DNA of 64,000 nt from an uncultured Gemmatimonadaceae bacterium (GCA_963761305.1 CAVXGK010000001.1:1664001-1728000); one strand, 5' to 3'; positions 51,321 through 63,295 are shown, numbered from the stretch's first letter. Program-made: numbers and translations. The notes: generated from the sequence alone by a model not told the origin.

Positions 51321-52457
51321 TTACGACTCCTCGGCCGCGATCCGCTCGTAGTACTGGCGCTTGAACTCCTCGAGCACTCCGTCGGAGAAGAGTTCGTCGG
51401 CGATCGCCGCGATTTCTTCGGCGTCTTGCCACGCCGCGTGGAGCGCATCGAGCTCGCCGCGCATCGCTTTGCGCTCGATGTCTTCGTTCGCTGCCATCTC
51501 GAGCGCGAGTCGATCGACGGCCGGCAATCGGAACAACGGTGTCTTCTCGTCGCTGCCCGTTCCCCCGCGGCCCCAGAAGGATCGATTCGCGAGTTGCAAC
51601 GCGAGTCGCTCGGAGAATGATCCCTTCGGCGGCGTTTCTACTCGCTGCGGCGCGTCGGGGAATCGTCCCCACGACGTGCGCATCGCGAGCGACGCGACGC
51701 GGGTGAAGTAACCTTCCGGATCGCCCGCGTCGTCCAGCTTCGCGATCGCGTGCGACACCTCGGCGCCGCTGGCGACCCCGAAGTTGAGTGTGGCGAGCAT
51801 TTTTCCGGCGACGCGCAACGCGGGTGATTCAGAGAGCGTCGCGATGCCCTTGTCGTGATGCAGACGCAATTGCCACGGCGCATCCAACTCGGGTCGCACG
51901 AGCTCGGCGGCACCCAAGTGCGCGTAACGGACGGTGATGGCGTTGCCGAATTCATCTCCAGTACGGAGCAGCACACCGTTCCCGCGGCGAAAGGTGCGCA
52001 TCCGCAGCACCGTGTCGTCGCTCAAGCCCACCGAATGCGCGTAGTGCACGAGCCCGGCCGCCACCCCACGCACTATGAGCCGCGCGCCGCGCGTGATCAG
52101 TCCGCGTTGCTCGTGGCCAGGTTCGATGCGCGCGAGCCGAGCGCCGTAGCGCCAGCTCGCGATCTCGGGGAGCAGCGCCGGACCGATGCGCACGAGCTCG
52201 AAGTCGCCGCGAAATCGCGCCAGTCCGATGTTGTCGGTCGACATTCGGAGACGCGTGCCGCGGAAGAGTCGCTCACACTCGTCGATCGCCTCCCAGCGCT
52301 CTTCCAGGGGAGTGAGGTTCCATCGTCCGCATCGCGTGCAGACGACCCACAGCCGTCCCTTCTTCGCGTCGAACGCCAACCGCCGGCCGACCGGAAACGT
52401 CGGCAAGAAGTGATTCGCGCCGAGGTCGGAGTGGCAGAACAAACAAGTGGTATACAC
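51321..52457 (-). CDS. Conserved hypothetical protein with N-terminal CxxC...CxxC zinc ribbon
   Basis: CLFC...CTRCGRWNLTP; C-terminal LEMAANED...EEIAAIADEL. Confidence 0.75.
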   Translation of the reverse strand: MYTTCLFCHSDLGANHFLPTFPVGRRLAFDAKKGRLWVVCTRCGRWNLTPLEERWEAIDECERLFRGTRLRMSTDNIGLARFRGDFELVRIGPALLPEIASWRYGARLARIEPGHEQRGLITRGARLIVRGVAAGLVHYAHSVGLSDDTVLRMRTFRRGNGVLLRTGDEFGNAITVRYAHLGAAELVRPELDAPWQLRLHHDKGIATLSESPALRVAGKMLATLNFGVASGAEVSHAIAKLDDAGDPEGYFTRVASLAMRTSWGRFPDAPQRVETPPKGSFSERLALQLANRSFWGRGGTGSDEKTPLFRLPAVDRLALEMAANEDIERKAMRGELDALHAAWQDAEEIAAIADELFSDGVLEEFKRQYYERIAAEES

Positions 52458-52463
52458 CGGAGG

Positions 52464-52567
52464 GCGAAACTCTAACGAAGAGCGAAGGTAACGAACGGCG
52501 AAACTAACGAAGAGCGAAACTAACGAAGGGCGAAGCTAACGAAGAGCGAAGCTAACGAAGAGCGAAA
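52464..52567. repeat. Tandem 16-bp direct repeat GCGAA(A/G)CTAACGAAG(A/G), about 6.5 units
   Basis: Read directly from the sequence. Confidence 0.9.
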
Positions 52568-52686
52568 GCGACCAACGGCGACAAGGGCGAGACCGTCCAC
52601 CCGTCCACCCGTCCACCGCTCACTCTATGAGATGAAACCTGAGCTGGATAGAGCGCGCGTGTTTGCGGGGTGTAAGGGTCGATATC

Positions 52687-53773
52687 TCAATCAGGAACGA
52701 TCAGCGCCTTGATCGCCGTCCGATTCTCCACCGCCGCGAGCGCTTCCGACGCGCGGTCGAGCGAGAATCGTCCGCTCACCATCTCCCGCCACGGCTTCAT
52801 CGCGCCGAAGCGCGCCGTGAGCGACACCGCTCTATGGAAGTGGTCGTACCGCGACCCCCAGCATCCTTTGAGCTCGACGTGTTTGCGGTTGAGCTGCCAA
52901 TGCGGGTGCATCTCGATCGACCCGTTGTCGGTGTAGTGGCCGCACACGATCACGCGCCCGCCGTCGCGCACCATATCGAGTGCCTGACTCACCGCGTCGG
53001 GCGATCCGCTGGCTTCGATCACGACGTCCACTCCCCGTCCACCCGTCCACCCGTTCACCTGTCCACCCCTTTCTTTCGGTGGGATATCCAACCCGAGCAC
53101 CTGCGTCGCACCCATTCGCTTCGCGAAGGCGAGCCGATCGTTCGGCGCGCCGACGGCGATGATCTCGCCCGCACCCGACAGCGAAGAGAACGCAATGCAC
53201 GATTGGCCGACCGGACCGACGCCGAGCACGGCGACGGATTCGTCGAGGCGAATCTGCGCCATGTCCACCGCGTGGAGCGCCGTCACGAGTCCGCAACCGC
53301 CGCCGATGAACGTGTCGGGATCGAGGTCCTTCGGAATCTTGATCATCTTCACGCCCGGCTTCATCCAGATCGCTTCGGCCCATCCGCCGAGCAAGCCCTT
53401 CGTTCGCGCTGTAGGAGATGCCGTACACTTTGCGATGCGGACACTTCGTCGGCTGACGGGCGACGAGACAGTACCAACAGTTGTTGCACGTCTCGTGGAC
53501 GTCGAGAAACGTGACCGTGTCGCCTTCCTTGATCGGCTGGCCGTCGATGTCCTTGAGATCTCCGCGCGCTTTGTCGACGACGCCGACAGAGACGTGGCCG
53601 GGGATGATCGGAAACGGAACCTGGAGTCTGCCGTGATGAAGGTGGACGTCGGTGCCGCAGACCTCGGAATACAGCGTGCGGAGCAGCGCGGAACCGGGTT
53701 CCAGCGTGGGCTCCCTGATCTCTTCGACGCGAAGAGGCTGTTTGGCGCCGGACATGACGACGGCTTTTGGCAT
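52687..53773 (-). CDS. Zinc-dependent alcohol dehydrogenase (MDR family), one frameshift near 53397
   Basis: CGTDVH, GHVSVG, C..C.YC.......C in one frame; G.GPVG, GVDVVIEASG in the next frame. Confidence 0.88.
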
Positions 53774-53939
53774 TCGAACTCTAGAGCGAAGGGGACGAAG
53801 CGCGACGGTGGAAGCTAGACGGCGGGACGCTGGGCCCGCTATACCGCCCTTCCTCTTCGTCCAATCTCCCCTCTCGTACCATCGCGCCTGACCTGCGCAT
53901 CGCGAAACCGGCGCGCAGCCGGGCTACCCCGGCTGCCCA

Positions 53940-54115
53940 TCGACGAGAAGCAACCAGCGGAGGTACGTCAATGCGACGTGCCCATCGGCGCTGGCGTCTC
54001 GAAAGTCACGCACATCGGGGATCAGCCGATGAGCTTCGACATTCAGTATTATCACAATCTGAACAACCCGACGCCGGCGGGTGCGGAGCAGTTGCGCGCC
54101 TCTATTGGCCGGAGC
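53940..54115 (+). pseudogene. C-terminal remnant of an outer-membrane-type protein
   Basis: VPIGAGVSKVTHIGDQPMSFDIQYYHN..P....QLR resembles terminal beta-strands of barrel proteins; no N-terminus. Confidence 0.45.
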
Positions 54116-54180
54116 AGGCGATCGTCGACGGGACGTGGCGTCCGCCGGGTATCGAGCGGGCATAACCAGTCCACGCTCGC

Positions 54181-56530
54181 TCATGGCCGACCCGCGCTCG
54201 CTGTAAGTGCGCGCAGCCGATCGCCGTACTGCTTGGCGAGCGCCGTGTCGCCCTGCTCTCGGTGGTAGCTCGCCAACGCCGCCAGCACATCACGATTGTT
54301 CTCGTCCAGCGCCAACAAATGATCGAGCAACGTGAGCGACGCCTTTGCCTTCCCGGTCGAGTACAGCGCGACCGCGTACGCGTAACCGAACCGCACGTTC
54401 GTCGGATCGAGCTCCGCGGCGCGCTGAAGCTCGGCGCGAGCGTCGTTGAGACGATGCAGTCGAATGAGCACGAGACCCAGCGCGTGGTGGAGCACCGCGC
54501 TCGCCGGCAGCTTTCGCGAGTCCGGATCGTAACACGCGCTCCGCGTCGGGATCGCGAGCCGTCTGCTGAGCGCGAAAGACGTCGGCGAGGTTTACGTACG
54601 CGGGTTGAAAGAAGGGATCGAGCCGGATCGCCTCCTCGAGCTCCGTCTGCGCGCGCGGCAGATCGCCCAGCTCCGCGTAGAAGGTGCCAAGGTTCGTTCG
54701 GGCGTCGGCGCGATCGGCGTCGTACTGTTGCGACGCCACGAATTCTCGCGACGCGCGCTCGAACGCCGCCTGTTGCTCCGACGACACGAACGCGGCGCCG
54801 GCCTGCAACTGCGTCGCCGCGATTCGCACGGCGCGCATCGAGTCGGAGAGAAGCGGCGTAGTCAGCGACGCGCGTTGCGACGGTTCGGCGAGCGTCAAAC
54901 CTTGCAACGCCCCAAGCCGCACGAGCGGGCTCGGGTCGTTGACGCCGTTGGCCAGCACATTGACCGCGTCGCGATCCGACGGCGGGAGCTCGGCCAGCGC
55001 CGTCGCGCGAGCGATCGCCGGTTGTGTCGTGTCGCCGGCCACTTCGCTCAATAGCCGGCGCGCGTCGGCCGAGCGCGCATCTGCGGCGGCGAAGGCGGCG
55101 GCGAACCGCTGAAGGCCTATGGGCGTTGCGCCACCGTTCCATGCCGACACCTGGCTCGCCGCCCACTGCGCTCCACGATCGGCGTGACACGACGAGCACG
55201 CGTTCGGCGTCCCGAGCGTGACCGACAGATCCGGACGTGGCACGCGGAAGCTGTGATCGCGCCGCGAATCCACCTTCATATATGTAGCGGCCGGCATGTG
55301 GCACGAGAGACAGGTGACGCCGGTTGCCGCTTGATGGTGACTGTGCGCGGGCGCGTCGTACTTGGCAGGGGAGTGACAGGTCGCGCAGACGGCCGCCCCC
55401 TGTGCGCGCAGTTCGCCGCTGTGCGGCTCATGGCAGTCGCTGCACGTGACGCCGTGCGCGTTCATGCGGCTCTGAAGGAACGACCCCCACTCGTACACCT
55501 CGGCGCGCTGCTGTCCGTCGGCGTGATACAGTGGGCTCGTCAGCAGCGCGGGTCTATAGAAGTCGAAGTACGGTTTTCCGGCGACGTACCCTTCCGCGAT
55601 CTCTCGGCGGCGCGAGTGGCACTGCGCGCACACTTGCAGCTCGCGATCGCTCGCTCGTTGCCGAGATCGGACTGCATTCCCGGTAGAAGCGTTCGCCACC
55701 CACGTGACGTGACGCCGCTCGTCGAGCTGCGCGGTAAGGCCCATCGTCGAATCCGTGCTCGAACGCGCAGCCGCCCACGCCAGATGTCGCGATCCGGGTC
55801 CGTGACACGCTTCGCAGCCGACGGCGATCTCCGACCATGTCGTGGCGAAGCTGTCCGCCGCGGCGACGTAATTCTTGCGCACGTTCGTCGAGTGGCAGTC
55901 GGCGCACATGTAGTTCCAGTTCTGCGCCGGCCGAGTCCAGTGCAGCTCGTCGTCGCTCGAGTGCACGTCAGGGTAAAGGCTGAACCAGTGCTGTCCCCCG
56001 CTCGCTGCCGGCCGGCTGTCCCACGCCGTCGTCAGCGCTTGCAGTCGGCCCTTTGAGAACGCGACGAGGTACTGCTGCAAGGGGGCCACGCCGAACGTAT
56101 ACGAAATCGCGAAATCGCCCGGGCGTCCGTCCGGCCCGTCGGTGTGGACGAAGAACTTGCCGTCCCGCTTGAAGAAGCCGCCCAGCACGCCGGCGGCGGC
56201 GGCGTTCGTGTTCTTGAAATTCGCGAGGACGCTCGAGCCCGTCGCAGCAGCCATCGCCGCGCTATGATGGGATCGGGACCAGCGTTGGCTTTCGGCCGCA
56301 TGACACGACCGGCACGCCGCACTCCCCACGAACTCTGTCGGTGGCGCCTCTCGATGCGGCGAGGAGGACTTCGAGAGCGTTGGGCCGCGGAGCACCCACA
56401 CGCCGAGCCCGACGACGGCAATCGCGGCCGTGGATCCGATTAGCAGCGTCGATCGCGAAAGCCACGTTCGTTTCGCGATCGGCGAGCGCTTCTGTGGTTT
56501 GCGCTTGGCGGGGTGCTGGCGCATGGACAC
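54181..56530 (-). CDS. Multiheme (8 CxxCH) cytochrome c with HEAT/TPR C-terminus, frameshift near 54513
   Basis: CRSCH, CADCH, CEACH, CAQCH, CSDCH, CATCH, CLSCH, CSSCH; TPR continues in ORF 54181-54495. Confidence 0.88.
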
Positions 56531-56577
56531 ACAAACGATCCATGCGCGCAGCTACGCCACCATTGGACTTTGGTCGC

Positions 56578-58335
56578 TTACTCGCTCGGGTGACCCTTCT
56601 TCTTCATCTCGGCCAGAATCCCGCTGAGGTTGTAGCTCTCAGGGTTCTGAAGCGGCGGGAATTTCGCGTACGTTTCCAACTCCCGCTCCCACAACTGCTG
56701 GCCAAGGGGGAGCATGTTCCAGTCGTACTGAAACGCGGTCAGCGGCCCACCAAGCGCGCCACCGAGACTCATCGCCGACTTCTGATCGACGCCGACGTTC
56801 TGTTCGAACGGATCGCGCTTGATGTTCTGGACGAGCGTGAAGTGGTACGGAATCAACGGCATGATCCAACCGGCCGGCCCGGGCTGCGACATCGTGTAGT
56901 ACATCTTCCAGTTCTTGTAACGCACCGCCGACGGCGTCGCGCCCGAGAAGTAGAAGAAGTAGTCGCGCGCTGACGTTTCGGTCTTGCACTCGAGGTAGTC
57001 GCGCTGATCGACGCCGTCGAGCGTGGTCTTGACGATGCCGGGGTACGCGCCCGCCTCGATTTCTTTCTTCAGGCTGTCGCCTTTTGGCCCACCGGCGATG
57101 TCGACGAGTGTCGGCAGCCAGTCCAGCGAGGCGAACATTTCGGTTGCCACCGTGTTCGCCGGGATATGCCCCGGCCAGCGAACCACCATCGGCGCTCGGT
57201 AGCCGCCCTCCCAAGCCTCGCCCTTCTGTCCCTTGAACGGTGTAATGCCGCCGTCGGGGAAGCTGATCTGCTCGGCTCCGTTGTCGGTCGTGAAGACGAC
57301 GATCGTGTTGTTGAGCTGGCCCATCTCTTCGAGCTTGTGGAGCACGACGCCGATGTTGTCGTCGAGCTGCTTCATGCCGGCTTCGTTCACGCCCCAATCC
57401 TTGCCGCCCCGCACGCCAAGCATGGCTTCGTACTTCGGCGAGAGCGCGGTCACGACGTGCATGCGCGCCGGATTATACCAGACGAAGAAGGGCTTGTTGG
57501 TCTTTTTCGGGTCGTTGCGATCGAGAAAATCGACGACTTTCGCCGAGATCTCCTCGTCCACCGTCTTCGATCGGTCGATCGTCAACGGCCCCTCGTCTTT
57601 GCACGTCTGGTTCTTCTCCGTCCCGTCGGCGGACTTGCACCAGATGATCGGGCGCGGCGGCATCAGGCAGATCGTCTTCTTCTGGTCAACCGCTCCCGGA
57701 ACCTCGGGGAGCCCCGGGACCGGCGTGTTCTTGCACGGTGGAGCGACGCCCTGGGTGTTCGGAGCCGAGTTGATGTCCGGGAAGCTCACCTGCTGCATTG
57801 CGTCGAGGTGGTAGAGATATCCCCAGAATTCCTGAAATCCGTGCGCCGTCGGCAAGGCCTCGGTGTGATCGCCCAAATGGTTCTTGCCGAATTCTCCCGT
57901 CGTGTAGCCGAGATCGCGCAGGAATACAGCGAGCGCCGGTGTGCCGGGCCGCAAATATGACGGACTGCCCGGCAGTTGCGGCGGGATCATCCCCGTGCGC
58001 AGCGGATACATGCCGGTAAAGAACGCGTTGCGCCCGGACGTGCAGCTCTGCTCGGCCAAGTAGTCGACGAACATCGCACCCTCGTGACCGATGCGGTCGA
58101 TGTTCGGCGTTTCGCCGACCATGAGCCCGCGATGGTAGATGCTCGGCTGCATCCAGCCGATGTCATCTCCCATGATGAAGAGAATGTTCGGCTGGCCGGT
58201 CATGTGCTGCGTCGACTGCGCGCCAGCTCCAGCTGAGCACAGCGCCACGAGCCCGGCGGCGGCTGTCCATCGCAGCGCTCGCCGGCCGTTACGAGATCCT
58301 GAACGATCGTCCCACGTCATCTTGAACCTCTGCAT
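56578..58335 (-). CDS. Arylsulfatase (Cys-type formylglycine enzyme)
   Basis: PNILFIMGDDIG, SCTSGR, GKNHLG, TDNG, WEGGYR.P. Confidence 0.95.
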   Translation of the reverse strand: MQRFKMTWDDRSGSRNGRRALRWTAAAGLVALCSAGAGAQSTQHMTGQPNILFIMGDDIGWMQPSIYHRGLMVGETPNIDRIGHEGAMFVDYLAEQSCTSGRNAFFTGMYPLRTGMIPPQLPGSPSYLRPGTPALAVFLRDLGYTTGEFGKNHLGDHTEALPTAHGFQEFWGYLYHLDAMQQVSFPDINSAPNTQGVAPPCKNTPVPGLPEVPGAVDQKKTICLMPPRPIIWCKSADGTEKNQTCKDEGPLTIDRSKTVDEEISAKVVDFLDRNDPKKTNKPFFVWYNPARMHVVTALSPKYEAMLGVRGGKDWGVNEAGMKQLDDNIGVVLHKLEEMGQLNNTIVVFTTDNGAEQISFPDGGITPFKGQKGEAWEGGYRAPMVVRWPGHIPANTVATEMFASLDWLPTLVDIAGGPKGDSLKKEIEAGAYPGIVKTTLDGVDQRDYLECKTETSARDYFFYFSGATPSAVRYKNWKMYYTMSQPGPAGWIMPLIPYHFTLVQNIKRDPFEQNVGVDQKSAMSLGGALGGPLTAFQYDWNMLPLGQQLWERELETYAKFPPLQNPESYNLSGILAEMKKKGHPSE

Positions 58336-58468
58336 CGAAATGTTCTGAGCGTTTCGCCAACACCGTCGCGCGGGTCAGCCACTCTGCGTGCGTCGCCGAG
58401 GGCTCGATCCGCACGGGAAACCGATGCATGCTGATTCACGAGTTGAGCCAAATGTGGCCCATCACACG

Positions 58469-58541
58469 GGTCCACCGTTCCACCGTTCCACTGGTCCACC
58501 GTCCACCGGTCCACCCGTCCACCCGTCCACCCGTCCACCCA
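58469..58541. repeat. (GTCCACCC)n-type 8-bp tandem repeat, largest of 9 clusters
   Basis: Other clusters at ~12393-12435, 26630-26655, 42905-42926, 43317-43358, 47870-47903 (reverse), 52593-52617, 53026-53068, 59371-59393. Confidence 0.9.
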
Positions 58542-58545
58542 CTCT

Positions 58546-59265
58546 TCAGGCCAGCGTCACCTTTCCCGACGCGAGATCGTAGACCCCGGCGATCACCTTG
58601 ATGGATCCCTTGCTCGCCGCGTCTTTAATGACGGTCGAGGACGTGCGCAGCAGATCGGCCTGCAATCGCGCATTGGCCTCGACGGCCGCGTCGATGTTGC
58701 CGTTGGCGCGTTCGACGGCGGGACGGAGATACGCGTACAGCGAGCTGATTTGTCCAGGGACCTCTTCCGATTGCATCGCCGCCTTCACGGCGCCGCAGTT
58801 CTGATGGCCGAGCACGACGAGCGCACTGACCCCGAGCTCGGCGACGCCGTACTCGAGGCTCGCGATGATCTCCGGCGTCGCGACGTTCCCGGCGACGCGC
58901 GTCACGAACAGACGGCCGATCGATTGATCGAAGACGAGTTCGACGGGAACGCGCGAGTCCGCGCACCCGAGCACGGCGGCAAATGGTTCCTGCTTTTCGA
59001 CCGTGTGCTCTCTCAGCGCCGACAAGTCACTGTTGCTGGACGTCAATCGGCCGGCGGCGAATCGCTGGTTGCCGGCGACGAGCTCTCGAATGGCCTCGTC
59101 GGGCGACAGCTTCGTCGAACGCCGGGTGCTGCCCCGCTCATCAGTCAGGCCGCGCATCGTCGCCGACGTCGTGCGGGTCGCAAGGAACGGGGCCAGACGA
59201 GCGCTTCCCAACGCACCGACCGCCCACGCCTGCGCGTTCGACAGCAAGAACTCGCGCCTCTTCAT
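58546..59265 (-). CDS. Tat-exported beta-class carbonic anhydrase
   Basis: KRREFL; CADSRV, RVAGN, GHQNCGAV. Confidence 0.93.
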   Translation of the reverse strand: MKRREFLLSNAQAWAVGALGSARLAPFLATRTTSATMRGLTDERGSTRRSTKLSPDEAIRELVAGNQRFAAGRLTSSNSDLSALREHTVEKQEPFAAVLGCADSRVPVELVFDQSIGRLFVTRVAGNVATPEIIASLEYGVAELGVSALVVLGHQNCGAVKAAMQSEEVPGQISSLYAYLRPAVERANGNIDAAVEANARLQADLLRTSSTVIKDAASKGSIKVIAGVYDLASGKVTLA

Positions 59266-59504
59266 CGTTGACTCCGAGTGAACGTCGCCGATCCGAGAGA
59301 GAATCGCGGCGCCTGGGGCTTCGCGGCGTTTGGACGAAGGCCGTAGGCGGCTGGGCCTGGCCGCCCCCGATCCACCGGTCCACCGGTCCACCGCGCCCAC
59401 CCGCCAACACTCCCCGGCGCCGGGTCGTAACGCTATTGTCGTAACAGGCCCAAGCGCCTGGGGCGACCCCCCGCCCTTCCCTCCAATCCAACCGCAGGAA
59501 ACGT

Positions 59505-62500
59505 ATGCAACGCACGCGTTTGCTCGCCGCCGTCGCCTCCGGTGTCGCGCTCATGTCGACCACCGGACTCGCCTCCGCGCAGGGACTCGACTCGACCGTC
59601 ACCAGCGCCTTCAAGTGGCGCCAGATCGGTCCGTCCAACTTCATGGGCCGCGTTTCGGACGTTCAGGGAATACCAAGTCCGTCCAAGACCCTCTACGTCG
59701 CCGCCGCCGGCGGCGGAATCTGGAAGTCCAACAACTTCGGCATCACCTGGCGACCGGTGTTCGACGACAAGGACGTCGCCGCGTTCGGCATGCTCGCCAT
59801 CGCGCCGAGTGATACGAACGTCATTTACGCCGGCACCGGCGAGCCCAACTCGCGCAACACGATCGAGCCGGGCGACGGCGTCTACAAGTCCACCGACGGC
59901 GGGCTCCACTGGACCCACATCGGGCTCGAGAAGACACAGCACATCGGCCGCATCCAGGTCGACCCGCGGAACGCCAATACGGTATATGTCGCGGCGTTGG
60001 GGCCGGCGTGGAAATCGGGCGGTGACCGCGGTCTCTACAAGACCACCGACGGCGGCGCGACGTGGAAGCTCATCAAGGCGCCGGCGAACGACAAAACCGG
60101 CGCGGTCGACGTCCAGATCGATCCGTCGAATCCCGACGTCATCTATCTCTCGATGTGGGAGCGCTATCGCACGCCGTACTCGCTCTTCTCGGGCGGCGTC
60201 GGTTCGGGTCTCTTCAAGTCCACCGACGCCGGCGCGACGTGGACGGAGATCAAGGGCAACGGATACCCCGAAGGTCCCAAGGGCCGCATCGGTCTCGCCA
60301 TCTCGCGCTCGAATCCGCAGGTCGTCTACGCGCTCACCGAAGCCAGTTCGATCGAGCCCGGGCCGGTCAAGTTGAACACCGCGGCCAACGCGAAGGCGAA
60401 CGGTCTCTATCGCTCGACCGACGCCGGCAAGACGTGGCAGCACATGAACAACATCGACACGCGCCCGTTCTATTACTCGCAAGTGCGCGTCGATCCAAGA
60501 ACTCGAGAACCGCGTCTACTTCTCGTCGACGGAACTCCAAGTCTCGAACGACGGCGGCAAGACGACGATGAACGCGGCCCAGAGCGTCCACGTCGACGAC
60601 CACTCCATCTGGATCGATCCGAACGACGGCGAGCGGTGGGTGATCGGCATGGACGGCGGCATCGCCATCACCTACGACCGCGGCGGCAACTTCTGGTATC
60701 CGGAAAACCTGCCGATCGGCCAGTTCTACGACGTCAGCTTCGACTACGCCGTTCCATATAACGTCTGCTCCGGCGCGCAGGACAACGGCGCGTGGTGCGG
60801 GCCGAGCCGCCGTCGTCAGACGCCGCTGAACAACACGTACTGGTTCACGATCAGCGGCGGCGACGGATTCTATACGGCGCAGGATCCGACGAACCCCGAC
60901 ATGGTCTGGGGCGAGTCGCAGAACGCCGGCATCCAGCAGACGAATCTCAAGACGGGCGAACGCGGACGCGTCAACAAGCCGGCGTGGAACGATCGCTATC
61001 GCATGTGGGAGGACTCGATCGCCCTCGTGCGCGGCGATCCGCTCGAGCAGGAAACGCCGGACATGGCGAAGAAAATCGCCGAGCTCCGCGTCGAGCAGAA
61101 GAAAGATTCGGCCGATCTGCAGATTCGCTACAACTGGGAATCGCCCTACTTCCTCTCGCCGCACAACCCGCAGGTCTTCTACCTCGGCGGCAGCAGAGTT
61201 CTGAAGTCGCTGAAGCGCGGCGAAGATCTCTACCCGATCTCGCCGGATCTCTCGGTCAAGAAGGATCCCGCCCAGGAAAAAGCGCGCCTCGCCCGGCTCG
61301 ACACCGTCGACAAGTACACCGGCGGCATCACGCTCGACCTGACCGGCGCCGAGGCGTACGGAACGGTCGTGGCGATGCAGGAATCGCCGCTCAAGCCGGG
61401 GCTGCTGCTCGCCGGCACGGACGACGGCAACGTGTGGATCACCCACAACGACGGCGCCGTGTGGGACGATCTCACGCCCAAGTTCGCCGCACTCGGCGTG
61501 CCGTGGGACGCGTACGTCGTGCGCGTCGAGCCCTCGCACTTCGACACGTTGTCGTTCTACGTCGCATTCGAGAACCATCGCTGGAACGACTTCAAGCCGT
61601 ACCTGTTCGCGACCAACGACGGCGGCAAGACCTTCAAGTCGATCGTGAACAACCTCCCGACGTCGAGCCCCCAGGATTATCTGCACGTGATCCGCGAGGA
61701 TCCGCACAACCGAGACCTGCTGTTCGTCGGCAGCTCGCGTACGGTGTACGCGTCGATCGATCGCGGCGCGACGTGGAGCCGGTTGAGCAACAACCTGCCG
61801 ACAGTGCCGGTGTTCGACCTGCAGATTCATCCGCGCGATCACGAACTGATCGCGGCGACGCACGGCCGCAGCATCTGGGTCGTCGACATCGCGGCGCTCG
61901 AGGAGATGACGCCCAAGGTGCTGGCGCAGGGCACGTATCTGTTCAAGCCAAAGACGGCGTTTCAGTGGGGCGAAGGGTCCGCAACTGAACCTGCCGGGCA
62001 ACGGCTGGGGTCAGGCGCAGATGACGTACGCGAACCCGCCGTTCGGCGCCGACATCGTGTATCGTCTCGCGAGCGGTGCGCCGGCCAACGTGCGTCTCAT
62101 CGTCTCGAACGCCGCCGGCGACACGCTGGCGAGCATCAACGCGCCGGGCGGCACGGGCGTGCACCACGCCGACTGGAATTTCCAGGAAGCGCGTCCGCGC
62201 GGCGAACGGGCCGAGCTCTCGCCGTCGCAGAAGCGTGACAGCATCCTGCTGCACGCGCGCGCGCCGATGGTGCTCGACTCATTGATGAAATCCGGTTACG
62301 ACACGGCGGCGATTCGCCAAGTGCGCGCGCAGGTGAACATCCTGAGCAACCCGCAGCAAGTCGCGCAGTTCGGCGGCCGCGGCGGTGGTGGTGGCGGCCG
62401 AGGCGGCGCCGGTGGTCAGCCGTGCGAACACCCGACGACGCAGTGGGAGACTTTCTGCGCGCGTCCGGCTGAAGGAGTTGGTACGCGTCGCGGCGGTGGC

Positions 62501-62923
62501 GCTTTCGCCGGAGTCGACTCCGCGACGGCTGCCGCGTTCGCACCGGCGGCGACCGCCGGCGTGAACGTTCCCGCGGGCGGTGCGCGGGGCGGACGTGGTG
62601 GTGGACGCGGCGGTCGTGGTGCCGCAGCTGGTGCCGATCTCTCACCCATTCAGCACATCTGGTCGCTCATCGGGATGAATCCGCCCGTCGTCGGTGGCCG
62701 CGGTGGTGGGGGGGGCGGCGGCGGCTTCGGTGGCGGTGCGGGCGCGAACATGGCCAACACGGGCGATTATCTCGTGACCATGACCGTGAACGGACAGACG
62801 TACAAGCAGACGTTCCGGGTCGAACGCATCAGTGGTGGAGGCGAAGTCGGCGTCGTGTTCGGCAAGGACGCGAACCACGACCAGATGGGTCACTACACGC
62901 CGCAGACTCCTCAGCAGCGCTAG
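59505..62923 (+). CDS. VPS10/sortilin-like BNR-repeat exported protein (glycosyl hydrolase-like), frameshifts near 60500 and 61976
   Basis: WRQIGP..MGR, repeated S.D.G.TW boxes, PFYYS, GAQDNG, ATHGRSIW; Gly-rich C-terminus; three consecutive frames. Confidence 0.88.
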
Positions 62924-62971
62924 GCCTACGCACCGGTGGCTCCGCGCACCGGTGGCTCCGAGCTCCGCGCG

Positions 62972-63076
62972 CCGGGAGCTCGGGGTGGGACTGTCCTCCG
63001 CGGACCGCTCGCAGTATTGCCGATACAGCCTGGCAATACTGCAACGGCTCCGCTCCGGACAATCCCACCCGCTCGC
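62972..63076 (+). repeat. Palindromic repeat family C, copy 1
   Basis: GTGGGACTGTCC...GCAGTATTGCC-N-GGCAATACTGC...GGACAATCCCAC. Confidence 0.92.
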
Positions 63077-63229
63077 TCACTCGAATCGCCGAACGACAGA
63101 CTGCGTGAGCGCATAGGTGTGCGGTGCGCTCGCCGGCGCGCGCATGAGACCGCGACCGCAGGACCGACGCGCGCGCGCACCAGCCGGAGTTTCACGCGCC
63201 CACGGAGGCAGCGCCCGAGACGGCCCGGG

Positions 63230-63295
63230 GTCTGGAGCGCGAGCCGTTGCAGTATTGCCGGCAGTATCGGCAATACTGCGAGCGGTCGCGCGGAA
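63230..63295 (-). repeat. Palindromic repeat family C, copy 2 (inverted, core only)
   Basis: GAGCCGTTGCAGTATTGCCGGCAGTATCGGCAATACTGCGAGCGGTC is the reverse complement of the copy 3 core. Confidence 0.9.

Noticed and set aside
52464..52567. 16-bp array as a mini-CRISPR
   Set aside because: Units are contiguous with no spacers.
53390..53405. Programmed ribosomal frameshifting in the ADH, cytochrome or VPS10 genes
   Set aside because: No slippery heptamer or stimulatory structure seen; these families are not known to frameshift; homopolymer error is simpler.
62370..62745. Gly-rich GGRGG stretches as a non-coding repeat
   Set aside because: They are in frame within the C-terminus of the VPS10-like protein and read as low-complexity linkers.
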